Source: an uncultured Rhodobacterales bacterium (GTDB lineage Bacteria; Pseudomonadota; Alphaproteobacteria; Rhodobacterales; Rhodobacteraceae). From it: a stretch of DNA of 30,139 bases. The DNA lies in NCBI GenBank assembly GCA_964462475.1, contig CAYWXQ010000004.1, positions 1 to 30,139 of the forward strand, given 5' to 3'. The notes beneath the pieces are model-generated. The model saw nothing but the letters and a program-made list of their open reading frames with translations. It made no database searches and was not told where the DNA came from. How positions within the stretch are numbered: the first letter of the stretch is position 1; every line of letters starts with the position of its first letter. Below are positions 16,480-28,377 of the stretch, piece after piece. Position numbers and translations under genes: made by a program.

Positions 16480-19400
16480 CCCCCGCAACGCCCCGCCGCA
16501 ACACGGGTTATGCCGAGCTTTGTGTTACCTCCAACTTCACGTTTCTGACCGGCGCCTCCCACCCCGAAGAGCTGGTAACGCGGGCGGTCGAGCTGGGGCT
16601 CGAGGCCATCGCCATCACCGACCGCAATTCGCTGGCCGGGGTTGTGCGGGCCTATAGCGCGCTAAAAGAGCTGCGCCGCACGGCCAAAACGCCGGAAGCC
16701 CCGGAGCCGCCCCTGCCCAAACTGATTATCGGCTGCCGCCTGCGGCTGCGCGACAGCCCGCTAGAGTGGATCGCCCTGCCACAAGACCGCCCCGCCTATG
16801 CCCGCCTGTCGCGGCTGCTGACGCTGGGCAAGCGCCGCGCGCCAAAGGGTGGCTGCGATCTGGATATGCAGGATGTTCTGGCCGGCTGCGCCGGTATTAT
16901 CCTGATAGCGCTGCCCCCGCGCGGGGCAAAACCCGCGACAATCATCACCCATATACAGGCGGTTCAGCGGCGCTATCCGGGGGCGGTGTTTTTGGGGGCC
17001 CGCCCGCATTACGACGGTAGCGATCAGGCCTGTCTGGCACAATACGCCGATCTGGCGCTTAAAACCGCCGCGCCGATGGTGGCGCTGGGCGATGTGCTGA
17101 TGCACCATGCCGGCCGCCGCCAGCTGGCCGATGTGCTGACCTGTATGCGCGAACATATCACCATCGACCGGATCGGCACCCGCGCTTTGGCCAATGCCGA
17201 GCGCCGCCTGAAAGGGGCTGGCGATATGCAGCGCATGTTTCGCCACCACCCCGCCGCCCTGCGCCGCACATTGGAGATCACCGCCCGCTGCGGCTTTTGC
17301 CTGAGCGAGCTATCCTATGACTACCCCGATGAAATGGCCAATGGCGAACCCCCGCAAGCGCGGTTGGCCCGGCTGGCGGCCGAGGGCTTGCAGCGCCGCT
17401 ACCCGGGTGGCGCCCCCGACAAAGCCCGCGCACAGGTTAAAAAAGAGCTGGCACTGGTTAAAAAACTGGGCTTTCCGGCATATTTTTTAACCGTGCACGA
17501 CATTGTGAAATTTGCCAAATCGCAGGGTATTCTGTGTCAGGGGCGCGGTTCTGCCGCCAATTCCATTCTGTGCTATTTGCTGGGGATCACCGATGTCAGC
17601 CCCGAAACCATCAGCATGGTGGTCGAGCGCTTTATATCCGAGCATCGCGGCGAGCCGCCCGATATAGACGTTGATTTCGAGCACGAGCGCCGCGAAGAGG
17701 TTATCCAGCATATCTATGCAAAATACGGCCGCCACCGCGCCGGACTTTGCGCCACGGTGATCCACTTTCGGTCTCGCGCCGCGATCCGCGAGGTCGGCAA
17801 GGTGATGGGGTTGTCACAAGATGTTACCGCCAATCTTTCGGGGCAAATATGGGGCATGTCAGGCAAGGGGGCCGACCCTGAACGTATCCGCGAGCTCGGG
17901 CTGGATATGACCGACCCGCGGTTGGCGCAAACCATTCGGCTGATCGGGCAGATCATCGGCTTTCCGCGCCATCTGTCACAGCATGTGGGCGGGTTTATCA
18001 TCACCAAAGGGCGGCTCGACGCGCTTTGCCCGATCGCAAACGCGGCGATGGAAGACCGCACCGTGATCGAGTGGGACAAGGATGATATCGACACGCTCGG
18101 GATTTTGAAGGTTGATATCCTAAGCCTGGGAATGCTGACCTGCATTCGCAAAAGCTTTGATCTGATCGCCGCGCATGGCGGGAAAAAATACACCATCGCC
18201 ACGGTGCCAAAAGCCGATACCGCGACCTATGACATGCTGTGCGTGGCCGATGCGGTCGGGGTGTTTCAGGTTGAAAGCCGGGCACAAATGAACTTTTTGC
18301 CCCGCATGAAGCCGCGCGAATTTTATGATCTGGTGATCGAGGTCGCCATCGTGCGCCCCGGCCCGATTCAGGGCGGTATGGTGCAGCCCTATATCCGGCG
18401 GCGACAGGGGCTGGAGCCGGTGAACTTTCCCTCAAAAGCGCTGGAAGATGTGCTTGGCAAAACCCTTGGCATACCGCTGTTTCAGGAGCAGGCGATGCAG
18501 ATCGCCATCGTTGCCGCCGGGTTCACGCCTAGCGCCGCCGACCAGCTGCGCCGCTCGCTGGCGACGTTTCGGCGCATGGGCACGATCGGGGCGTTTCGTG
18601 ACACGTTCGTTGGCGGCATGCTGCAAAATGGCTATGACCCCGATTTCGCCGCCCGGTGTTTCTCGCAGATCGAGGGGTTCGCCGATTATGGTTTCCCCGA
18701 AAGCCACGCGGCGGCTTTTGCGCTGCTGGCCTATGTTTCGGCCTGGCTTAAATGCCACCATCCGGCGGTTTTTGCCTGCGCATTGCTGAACGCCCAGCCG
18801 ATGGGGTTTTATGCCCCGGCCCAGATTGTGCGCGACGCCCGCGAGCATCGGGTAGAGCTGCGGCCAATCTGCGTGAATAACAGCGGCTGGGATAACAGCC
18901 TCGAGCGCCGCGCCGATGGCACGCTGGCGCTGCGACTGGGGTTTCGCCAGATCAAGGGGTTTCGCGAAAACGACGCTGGCTGGATCGTTGCGGCGCGCGG
19001 CAATGGCTACCCCGACCCCGAAAGCCTGTGGTTGCGCGCCGGGCTAAACCCCGCCGCGCTAGAGCGTCTGGCCGAGGCCGATGCCTTTTGCGATATGGGG
19101 CTGGGGCGGCGCAACGCGCTGTGGCAGGTCAAGGCGCTGCGCGCACAACAACCCTTGCCGCTGTTTCGCGGCCCGATCGAGGGCGAGGGCATTGTTGAAC
19201 CGCAGGTAACCCTGCCCGCCATGCATCTGGGCGAAGAGATGGTCGAGGATTATGTGGCGATGCGGCTTAGCCTGCGCGCCCACCCGATGGAATTGCTGCG
19301 CCCCTCTATCACCGGCCTGACCCCCCATGCCGATCTTGCCACCACACCGGTTGGCCGCATTTCGGTTTGCGGGCTGGTGATCACGCGCCAGCGGCCCGGC

Positions 19401-19745
19401 ACCGCCTCGGGGGTGGTTTTTTTAACGCTAGAGGATGAAACCGGCGTGGCCAATGTGGTGGTCTGGCGGGATATTTATAAAAAGTTCCGGCGCGCGGTCA
19501 TGGGCGGGCGGCTGCTGCGCGTGACCGGATATTTACAGCGTGAGGGGATCGTGCTGCATCTGATCGCCGAAAATATCGAAGATCTTTCGCAACGTTTAAG
19601 CGATCTGGGCCACCCGCTGGACGCTGCCATCGGCATCACCCGGCCACAAGCCGATGACGCCCCGCGCCGAACGGCCCCCGCCACCCGCGCCCGCCACCCG
19701 CGCGAGCAGGCCAAAAAATTGTTCCCGAGCCGTGACTTTCATTAA
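16476..19745 (+). CDS. dnaE2: Error-prone DNA polymerase III alpha (DnaE2/ImuC)
   Basis: ATGA overlap with the imuB stop; PHP domain (YAELCVTSNFTFLTGASHPEEL), QGRGSAANS, PPDIDVDFE, RPGPIQG, YGFPESHA, OB fold FLTLEDETG, and the C-terminal SRDFH typical of DnaE2. Confidence 0.97.
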   Translation: MTPATPRRNTGYAELCVTSNFTFLTGASHPEELVTRAVELGLEAIAITDRNSLAGVVRAYSALKELRRTAKTPEAPEPPLPKLIIGCRLRLRDSPLEWIALPQDRPAYARLSRLLTLGKRRAPKGGCDLDMQDVLAGCAGIILIALPPRGAKPATIITHIQAVQRRYPGAVFLGARPHYDGSDQACLAQYADLALKTAAPMVALGDVLMHHAGRRQLADVLTCMREHITIDRIGTRALANAERRLKGAGDMQRMFRHHPAALRRTLEITARCGFCLSELSYDYPDEMANGEPPQARLARLAAEGLQRRYPGGAPDKARAQVKKELALVKKLGFPAYFLTVHDIVKFAKSQGILCQGRGSAANSILCYLLGITDVSPETISMVVERFISEHRGEPPDIDVDFEHERREEVIQHIYAKYGRHRAGLCATVIHFRSRAAIREVGKVMGLSQDVTANLSGQIWGMSGKGADPERIRELGLDMTDPRLAQTIRLIGQIIGFPRHLSQHVGGFIITKGRLDALCPIANAAMEDRTVIEWDKDDIDTLGILKVDILSLGMLTCIRKSFDLIAAHGGKKYTIATVPKADTATYDMLCVADAVGVFQVESRAQMNFLPRMKPREFYDLVIEVAIVRPGPIQGGMVQPYIRRRQGLEPVNFPSKALEDVLGKTLGIPLFQEQAMQIAIVAAGFTPSAADQLRRSLATFRRMGTIGAFRDTFVGGMLQNGYDPDFAARCFSQIEGFADYGFPESHAAAFALLAYVSAWLKCHHPAVFACALLNAQPMGFYAPAQIVRDAREHRVELRPICVNNSGWDNSLERRADGTLALRLGFRQIKGFRENDAGWIVAARGNGYPDPESLWLRAGLNPAALERLAEADAFCDMGLGRRNALWQVKALRAQQPLPLFRGPIEGEGIVEPQVTLPAMHLGEEMVEDYVAMRLSLRAHPMELLRPSITGLTPHADLATTPVGRISVCGLVITRQRPGTASGVVFLTLEDETGVANVVVWRDIYKKFRRAVMGGRLLRVTGYLQREGIVLHLIAENIEDLSQRLSDLGHPLDAAIGITRPQADDAPRRTAPATRARHPREQAKKLFPSRDFH

Positions 19746-19764
19746 CCGGCTGCCCCGTGCCACA

Positions 19765-21489
19765 TCAGGCGTCGGTAATATCGGCCATCAGGGCATCAAA
19801 CCGTGCCAATAACGGGTCGGGGGTGAAAGCAGGCGCAAGAGCGGGTTGCCAAAGGGTATTATAGTGCCGCGCGCAGACCAGTACCCCGATATCGCCGGCG
19901 CCGTTTTGCCGCCCCCATGCGGTATCGCGGCACAGCAGGGCATAGCTTAATATATCGGACATCCGGTGCAAAAAGCTGTCGGCGACATGCTCTATTTGCC
20001 CGGGGTTGGCCCGCAATTCGGCAAAGGCGGTGTCAAGGGCGGTGGTCAGGGTTGCAAGGTTGCTTTCAGCCTGCCGCATGCCCGCCGCGCCGAGGGCGAT
20101 GGCGATTTTTGTCAGCCGGTCAATAAATACCCTGTCGCCCGGCTCTTTGCCCGCGATCATCCGCATCAGCTCCAGCGCCTGAATTTGCTCTGGGCCCTCC
20201 CAGACCGGCAGCACCATAGCATCACGAAACTGCCGCGCGGTCGGGTAGTCTTCGGTATAGCCGTTGCCCGCCACAAGGCTTAGCGCCTTTTGCGCGCACC
20301 ACACCGCCTGTTCGGCGGTTTTGTATTTGGCCAGCGCCGTAACCATGCGTGACCAGATATAGTCGTCATCATTCTTGGAGGCCTTGTCAAAGCAACAGGC
20401 CGCCTCAAAGGCCATCGCGCTGCCCGCCATCCATTCAACCGCCAGGCTGATGATCCGCTTTTTAACCATTGGCCGCGTGATCAGCTTTTGGCCAAAGGTT
20501 TCGCGGTTGCAGGTCCAGCACAGGGCCTCAAAAAGCGCGCGGCGCATCACGCCGGCGGCGGCCATGGCGTTATGCACGCGCGAACAGCCCAGCGCCTCCA
20601 TCATCACCCGCAGCCCGTCGGGTGGCGGCGCAAGCTCATAGGCCAAGGCACCATTCAGGTCGATCTCGCCGGTGGCCAAGGCGCGGGTGCCGAGCTTTTC
20701 TTTAAGCGCGGTGACCTCGTAATCATTGGCAATGCGCCAGTTTTCATCGACATGGCTGGGCACCAGATAAAGCCCCAGCCCCTTGGCGCCGCTTGGCGCG
20801 CCCTCGGGGCGGGCGGTGGCGATCACCAGCCCCGAATCAGCGTTGGAGGCAAACCATTTTTGCCCGGTCAGCCGCACGGTGCCATCGGGGTGATAGGTGG
20901 CCACGGTTTCGGTGCCGCCAACATCGCTGCCGCTGTGCTTTTCGGTCGCCCATGTGCCGCCGGTTTTGGTTTGCCCGTCAGCGCGGGTGCTTTCAGGCAA
21001 AAACCGTGCCTTGATATCGGGCGAGCCGTAGCGCGCCACGATCATCGCCACCGGATGGGTCATGGCAAACGGGCAGCCAATAGAGATATCGGCCTGCGAG
21101 ATCAGATATTGCGCGACAAAGGCATACAGATGCGGCTCTGGGTTGTCGCTATCAAAGGCGCGGGCGATAAAGCCACGGCGATAAACCTGTTGGTGGCAAT
21201 CCTCATAGCGGCGGTTGAAAAACACCTTGCCGCGCCGTTCGCCGGGGTGGGCGGGATCAACCGGCACGGCCTTCCAGACCGGCGGGTGGATGCGGTCGCT
21301 ATATTCGGCCTGCGCGTCAAGCTCTGTGCCGCAAAAATGGCCAAAATCGGCCAGTTCAGCGTGGCGGCGCTGCAACAAATCGGGGGCGACGCGGCGCAGA
21401 AAGCTGTGCAACAGCTTGTCGGTGCTATAAAAATTCACACCGCGCACGGTTTCGGGAAAAGTGGGCGGGGGGCTATCAGGGTTTTTCAT
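19765..21489 (-). CDS. Acyl-CoA dehydrogenase family protein, AidB-like
   Basis: CPFAMT, TWATEKHSGSDVG, LTGQKWFASN, KEKLGTRALATGE, SRVHNA, VWEG (catalytic Glu position). At 574 aa it is AidB-sized. Confidence 0.88.
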   Translation of the reverse strand: MKNPDSPPPTFPETVRGVNFYSTDKLLHSFLRRVAPDLLQRRHAELADFGHFCGTELDAQAEYSDRIHPPVWKAVPVDPAHPGERRGKVFFNRRYEDCHQQVYRRGFIARAFDSDNPEPHLYAFVAQYLISQADISIGCPFAMTHPVAMIVARYGSPDIKARFLPESTRADGQTKTGGTWATEKHSGSDVGGTETVATYHPDGTVRLTGQKWFASNADSGLVIATARPEGAPSGAKGLGLYLVPSHVDENWRIANDYEVTALKEKLGTRALATGEIDLNGALAYELAPPPDGLRVMMEALGCSRVHNAMAAAGVMRRALFEALCWTCNRETFGQKLITRPMVKKRIISLAVEWMAGSAMAFEAACCFDKASKNDDDYIWSRMVTALAKYKTAEQAVWCAQKALSLVAGNGYTEDYPTARQFRDAMVLPVWEGPEQIQALELMRMIAGKEPGDRVFIDRLTKIAIALGAAGMRQAESNLATLTTALDTAFAELRANPGQIEHVADSFLHRMSDILSYALLCRDTAWGRQNGAGDIGVLVCARHYNTLWQPALAPAFTPDPLLARFDALMADITDA

Positions 21490-21509
21490 CGCATCCTCCT
21501 ATGCCCATA

Positions 21510-21538
21510 ATATAGGCGCTGCCAACCCAAACCCCAAC
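21510..21538 (-). promoter_or_regulatory. Putative sigma70-type promoter of the acyl-CoA dehydrogenase
   Basis: On the minus strand GTTGGG-N17-CTATAT, then RBS GGAGG (21495-21499) before ATG 21489. Confidence 0.5.
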
Positions 21539-21555
21539 AGAAATCAGGGGTGGGC

Positions 21556-24045
21556 TTAGCCATCTTGGCGGATGGTCAGGTTTTTGGGGTCATAGGGGCT
21601 GTCGGCCGTCACCTCGGCCTGCCACAGCCGACCCAGCATTTTAACCTGCACCTTTTGGCCGGGCACCGCGAGCGCAGGCGGCAAATACCCCATGCCGATG
21701 CTTTGCCCGAAATGCACCGAATAACCGCCCGAGGTCAGGCGACCAACCTTTTGCCCATCTATAAACAGTGCCTCGCGGCCCCATGGGTCGGCATCATCGG
21801 GGCCGTCTATCAACAAGGTGCAGCACTTGGCGCGAATGCCGGTTTTTTGCATCGCCGCCTTGCCGTGAAAATCCTTGCCCAGGTTTACAAAACGCGGCAG
21901 ATCGGCCTCTAGCGGGGTGGCGTCGCGGCCAAGCTCGGTGCCAAAGGCGCGGTATGACTTTTCTTGTCGCAGCCAGTTTTGGGCGCGCGCGCCCACCAGC
22001 TTTAACCCGTGCTTTTCGCCGGCCTGCTCGATCAGGTCAAACAGGTAATTTTGCATCTCGACGGGGTGGTGCAGCTCCCAGCCCAGCTCACCGGTATAGG
22101 CAACGCGAATGGCCATTACCGGACACATGCCCAGCTCTATATGGCGCGCGGTCAGCCACGGGAAGCGCTTGTTGGAAAGCGCGGTGGCGGGGTCGGCATC
22201 GATGATGATATCGCGCAAAAGATCGCGGGATTTGGGGCCGGCGACGGCAAAAACACCATATTGCGTGGTGACATCCTGAATTTCGATATACCCGAATTCA
22301 CCGGCTTTATCGGCGGCGGCTTTGCGTAGATAATCAGCATCATAGGCTGTCCATGCGCCAGCGCTGACGAGGTAATATTCGTCTGCCGCCTCGCGCACGA
22401 TGGTGTATTCGGTGCGGGTGGTGCCAGCGCCTGTCAGGGCATAGGTCAGGTTTATCCGGCCCACGCTTGGTAGTTTGTTGCAGGTAAACCAGTCCAGAAA
22501 CGCGGTGGCGCCCGGGCCTTTGACGCGGTGTTTGGTAAAGGCCGAGGCATCAATCAGCCCAACGCCCTGGCGCACCGCCTTGGCCTCGTCTACCGCGTAT
22601 TGCCACCAGCCGCCACGGCGAAACGAGCGGCTGTCATGGTCGTTAAACCCGATCGGGGCAAAATAATTGGGGCGCTCCCAGCCGTTAACCACGCCAAACT
22701 GCGCGCCACGGGCCTTCATGCGGTCATAGCACGGCGTGGTGCGCAGCGGGCGGCAGGCGGGGCGCTCCTCGTCGGGGTGGTGCAGCATGTAAACATGATC
22801 GTAACATTCTTCGTTTTTGCGCGCGGCGTATTCAGTGGTTATCCAGTCGCCAAAACGCTTGGGGTCAAGGCTCGCCATGTCGATTTCGGCTTCGCCCTCC
22901 ACCATCATTTGCGCCAGATAATAGCCGGTGCCGCCAGCGGCGGTAATGCCAAAGCTGAACCCCTCGGCCAGCCACATGTTGCGCAGGCCCGGGGCGGGGC
23001 CAACCAGCGGGTTGCCATCGGGCGTATAGCAGATCGGGCCGTTGAAATCGTCTTTCAACCCGCTTTCCTCGCACGAAGGCATGCGGTGGATCATCGCCAT
23101 ATACTGGTCTTCGATCCGCTCCAGATCGAGCGGGAACAGATCAGCGCGAAAGCTGTCTGGCACGCCGTGCTCGAAACAGGCGGGCGCGCCTTTTTCATAG
23201 ACCCCCAGTATCCAGCCGCCGCGTTCCTCGCGCACATAAGACTGCGCGTCGGCGTCGCGGATCACCGGATGCTCGGGGTTGGTTTTGCGCCATTCAACCA
23301 GCGCCGGGTCGGCATCGGTAACAATAAACTGGTGCTCGACCGGTATCGCCGGAATTTTGATGCCCAGCAGGCGGGCGGTGCGCTGGGCGTGGTTGCCCGT
23401 GGCGGTGACCACATGCTCGGCATGGATTTCAAAACGTTCATCCGACGCCACAAGGTTGCCGCCCTTTTCAACCATCACCGCCCCGCGCACCACCCAGTGG
23501 TCGCCCGCCCAATCATAGCTGTCCACTTGGCGTTTGCGAATAATCTTTACCCCGCGTTGCCGCGCGCCCTTGGCCATGGCCATGGTAACATCGGCGGGGT
23601 TTATATAGCCATCCGAGGGGTGGTAAAGCGCGCCTTTCAGGTCTTCGGTGCGGATCAACGGCCAGCGTTGCTTAATCTGCTCGGGGGTCAGAAACTCGTA
23701 ATCAATGCCCACACTATCAGCCGTGGTGGCGTAAAGCCGGTATTCGTCCATCCGCGCCTCGGTCTGGGCCATGCGCAGGTTGCCAACCACCGAGAACCCC
23801 GCGTTCAGGCCGGTTTCGGCCTCGAGCTGTTTATAGAACTTCACCGAATAATCATGGATATGGCTGGTGGCATAGCCCATATTAAACAGCGGCAACAGCC
23901 CCGCCGCGTGCCAGGTAGAGCCGCTGGTCAACTCGTCGCGCTCAAGCAACACCACATCATTCCAGCCCGCTTTGGCAAGGTGATAGGCAATGCCCGCGCC
24001 CACTGCCCCGCCACCAACCACCAGCGCTTTGATATGATCTGTCAT
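21556..24045 (-). CDS. FAD-dependent oxidoreductase with GcvT domain (dimethylglycine/sarcosine dehydrogenase family)
   Basis: Start set to ATG 24045 (MTDHIKALVVGGGAVG). Motifs SGSTWHAAG (covalent-FAD His), NGPICYTPDG, GWERPNYF, YTGELGWELH, LRQEKSYR, GRLTSGGYS. Confidence 0.92.
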   Translation of the reverse strand: MTDHIKALVVGGGAVGAGIAYHLAKAGWNDVVLLERDELTSGSTWHAAGLLPLFNMGYATSHIHDYSVKFYKQLEAETGLNAGFSVVGNLRMAQTEARMDEYRLYATTADSVGIDYEFLTPEQIKQRWPLIRTEDLKGALYHPSDGYINPADVTMAMAKGARQRGVKIIRKRQVDSYDWAGDHWVVRGAVMVEKGGNLVASDERFEIHAEHVVTATGNHAQRTARLLGIKIPAIPVEHQFIVTDADPALVEWRKTNPEHPVIRDADAQSYVREERGGWILGVYEKGAPACFEHGVPDSFRADLFPLDLERIEDQYMAMIHRMPSCEESGLKDDFNGPICYTPDGNPLVGPAPGLRNMWLAEGFSFGITAAGGTGYYLAQMMVEGEAEIDMASLDPKRFGDWITTEYAARKNEECYDHVYMLHHPDEERPACRPLRTTPCYDRMKARGAQFGVVNGWERPNYFAPIGFNDHDSRSFRRGGWWQYAVDEAKAVRQGVGLIDASAFTKHRVKGPGATAFLDWFTCNKLPSVGRINLTYALTGAGTTRTEYTIVREAADEYYLVSAGAWTAYDADYLRKAAADKAGEFGYIEIQDVTTQYGVFAVAGPKSRDLLRDIIIDADPATALSNKRFPWLTARHIELGMCPVMAIRVAYTGELGWELHHPVEMQNYLFDLIEQAGEKHGLKLVGARAQNWLRQEKSYRAFGTELGRDATPLEADLPRFVNLGKDFHGKAAMQKTGIRAKCCTLLIDGPDDADPWGREALFIDGQKVGRLTSGGYSVHFGQSIGMGYLPPALAVPGQKVQVKMLGRLWQAEVTADSPYDPKNLTIRQDG

Positions 24046-24150
24046 GACCGCCCTCTTGCAATTCCCTTTGCTCGACTGTTTACCGCTAAGCGGCAAAAAT
24101 AAAGCGCCACCGCCCGACGCAACAGCCGATGATTCCGACACGGTTGCCAG

Positions 24151-26271
<2,121 letters not shown>

Positions 26272-26276
<5 letters not shown>

Positions 26277-27996
26277 CCCCGAATTGCAGCTTGAACAGCT
26301 CGGCGTAAATGCCGCCGCGGGCCAGTAATTGGTCATGGGTGCCGGTCTCGGCGATTTGGCCCTGATCGAGCACCACAATCATATCGGCATCGCGAATGGT
26401 GGCCAGACGGTGGGCGATGATCAGCGTGGTGCGCCCGTTGGAAAGCGTTGCCAAGGCACGCCGGATCAGCGCTTCGGATTCAGCGTCGAGCGCCGAGGTT
26501 GGCTCGTCCAGCAGCAAAATCGGCGCATCGCGCAGCATCGCCCGCGCGATGGAAATGCGCTGTTTTTCACCGCCCGAAAGCGTGCTGGCGGCGGCGGCAA
26601 CCGGGGTGTCATAGCCCTGCGGCAGCGCGCTGATAAACCCGTGGGCGGCGGCGGCTTTGGCGGCGGCCTCTATTTCGGCCTGTGTGGCGGCTTGGCGACC
26701 AAAGCCGATATTTTGCCCGATACTGCCGCTAAGCAACACCGAGTCCTGGCTGACCAGCGCGATCTGGCGGCGTAAATCGGCCTGGGTGATGGCGCGAATA
26801 TCAACCCCGTCAATTTCGATTTTACCTTCGCTGACATCAAACAACCGCGGCAGCAGGTTGAACACGGTTGATTTACCTGCCCCCGAGCGCCCGACAAAAG
26901 CCACGCTGGCCCCGGCCGGGACCTCAAGCGACAACCCGTTAAGCGCCTGTTTGCCGTCAGGATAGCTGAACCCGACCCCCTGAAACAAGATTTCACCTTT
27001 GCCACCACCGGTTTCAAGCGGCGTGGCCGGATCGGCAATATCGCTTTTCAGGTCAAGAACCTCGAATATCCGGTCAAGCGCGGCTTCGCCCTGTTTGGCC
27101 ATGGCAAAGGTTTTACCGATGTTGCGGGCGGGCTGCGAAATAACCCCGAAACCCGCCATCAGCGCCATGAAATTGGCCAAGCTCGTGGTGCCGTTTGACA
27201 TTCGCCACGCCACCACCACCAACAGCGCCGCAATCGCCACGCCCGACAGGCTTTCCATGATCGGTGCCAGCCGCGCCTCTAGCCCGATCAGCCGTAGTTT
27301 TAGCGCCAGCAACCGCTCGAAAATCGCGGTGGCGCTGCGCAGAAGATAGGGTTCCAGCTGATAGGCGCGGGCCATGCGGATACTGCCCAGCGCCTCGGAA
27401 ATTTCGCCGCTCATCAATGCCAGATCATCCTGCGTGTGGCGCGACACAATATGCAACCGCGCCCCGATCCGGTTAACCGGCCAGACCGCGAGCGAAAAAA
27501 CCGCGACCAGCGTCAGCGTGATCACCCAGTCGATGCTGAGCATCACCGCAACGGTGGCGACCAAAATAAGCACCGCCGATACCCCGCCGAATATTTGCGT
27601 AACAGCTTGGCGCACCAGCAAAATATCGGCGGTAAAACGGGTTGAAAGCGCGGTGGGGCTTTCACCCTGCAAGCGCGCCAGATCGGCAAAAACGAGCTTT
27701 TCGTGCATGGCTTTTTGCAGGTCGGTCTCGGTTTTGGCCAAGGCGCTGCTGCTTTGCACCTGATACAGCCATGTGCCCAGCCCCTTGACACTGGTCAGCA
27801 CCACCATCATAAGCGGCCCCCACCAGATCACACTGGCGGTGCTGGCCTGAAAAGCATCGATGATCCATTGCAGCGCCTTGGCATAGCCCGCCGAGGCCAG
27901 CGCCCCGAGCAACATGCCGATAAAAGCCAGCCCCAGCCCGCCGCGATACCGCTTTAGCCAGTTAAGCCAAAGCCGCTGATATGGCCCGTTCTTCAT
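26272..27996 (-). CDS. ABC exporter, fused permease/ATPase (MsbA-like)
   Basis: N-terminal TM domain, Walker A GRSGAGKS, signature LSGGEKQR, Walker B ILLLDE, SALD, IAHRL. Confidence 0.93.
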
Positions 27997-27999
27997 GGG

Positions 28000-28377
28000 T
28001 TACGCGATCTTTTTGCCATCGAGGTCAACGTCGCTCCAGACGCCAAGCTCGTTACCGCCAGGCTCGGTGAAATGAAAGCGCCGCCCGCCGGGAAAGGTTT
28101 TTATCGCACGGCTGATCACGCCGCCTGCAGCTATTATTTTGGCCTCGGTCGCCTCCAGATTTTCGCTGAAAAATATAACCAGCGGCGCGCCTTGGGCGGT
28201 GTGGGCCATGTTGGGCGAGCTAAAAAACCCGCCGCTCAGCCCCGCGCCGGAAAAATCGCAATAGTCAGGGCCGTAGTCGGTAAAACCCCAACCAAAGGCG
28301 ACCGCAAAAAACTGTTTTGTCGCGCCCAGATTGGCGCTGTGAAACTCGATGTAATTTAGTTTTTCGTGGCTGTTCAT
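28000..28377 (-). CDS. VOC/glyoxalase family protein
   Basis: LNYIEFH, FGWGFTDYG, FPGGRRFHFTEPGGNELGVW. Confidence 0.9.
   Translation of the reverse strand: MNSHEKLNYIEFHSANLGATKQFFAVAFGWGFTDYGPDYCDFSGAGLSGGFFSSPNMAHTAQGAPLVIFFSENLEATEAKIIAAGGVISRAIKTFPGGRRFHFTEPGGNELGVWSDVDLDGKKIA

Noticed and set aside
12780-21500. Possible genomic island (Hint, imuABC, ACAD)
   Set aside because: No integrase, transposase, tRNA or att-like repeat is visible, and the composition shift is confined to the Hint region. It cannot be called without comparative genomes.
22528-24102. 524-aa plus-strand ORF; also 20488..21510 (340 aa) and similar long overlapping ORFs
   Set aside because: They are antisense to well-supported genes, have no motifs, and are expected in high-GC DNA.
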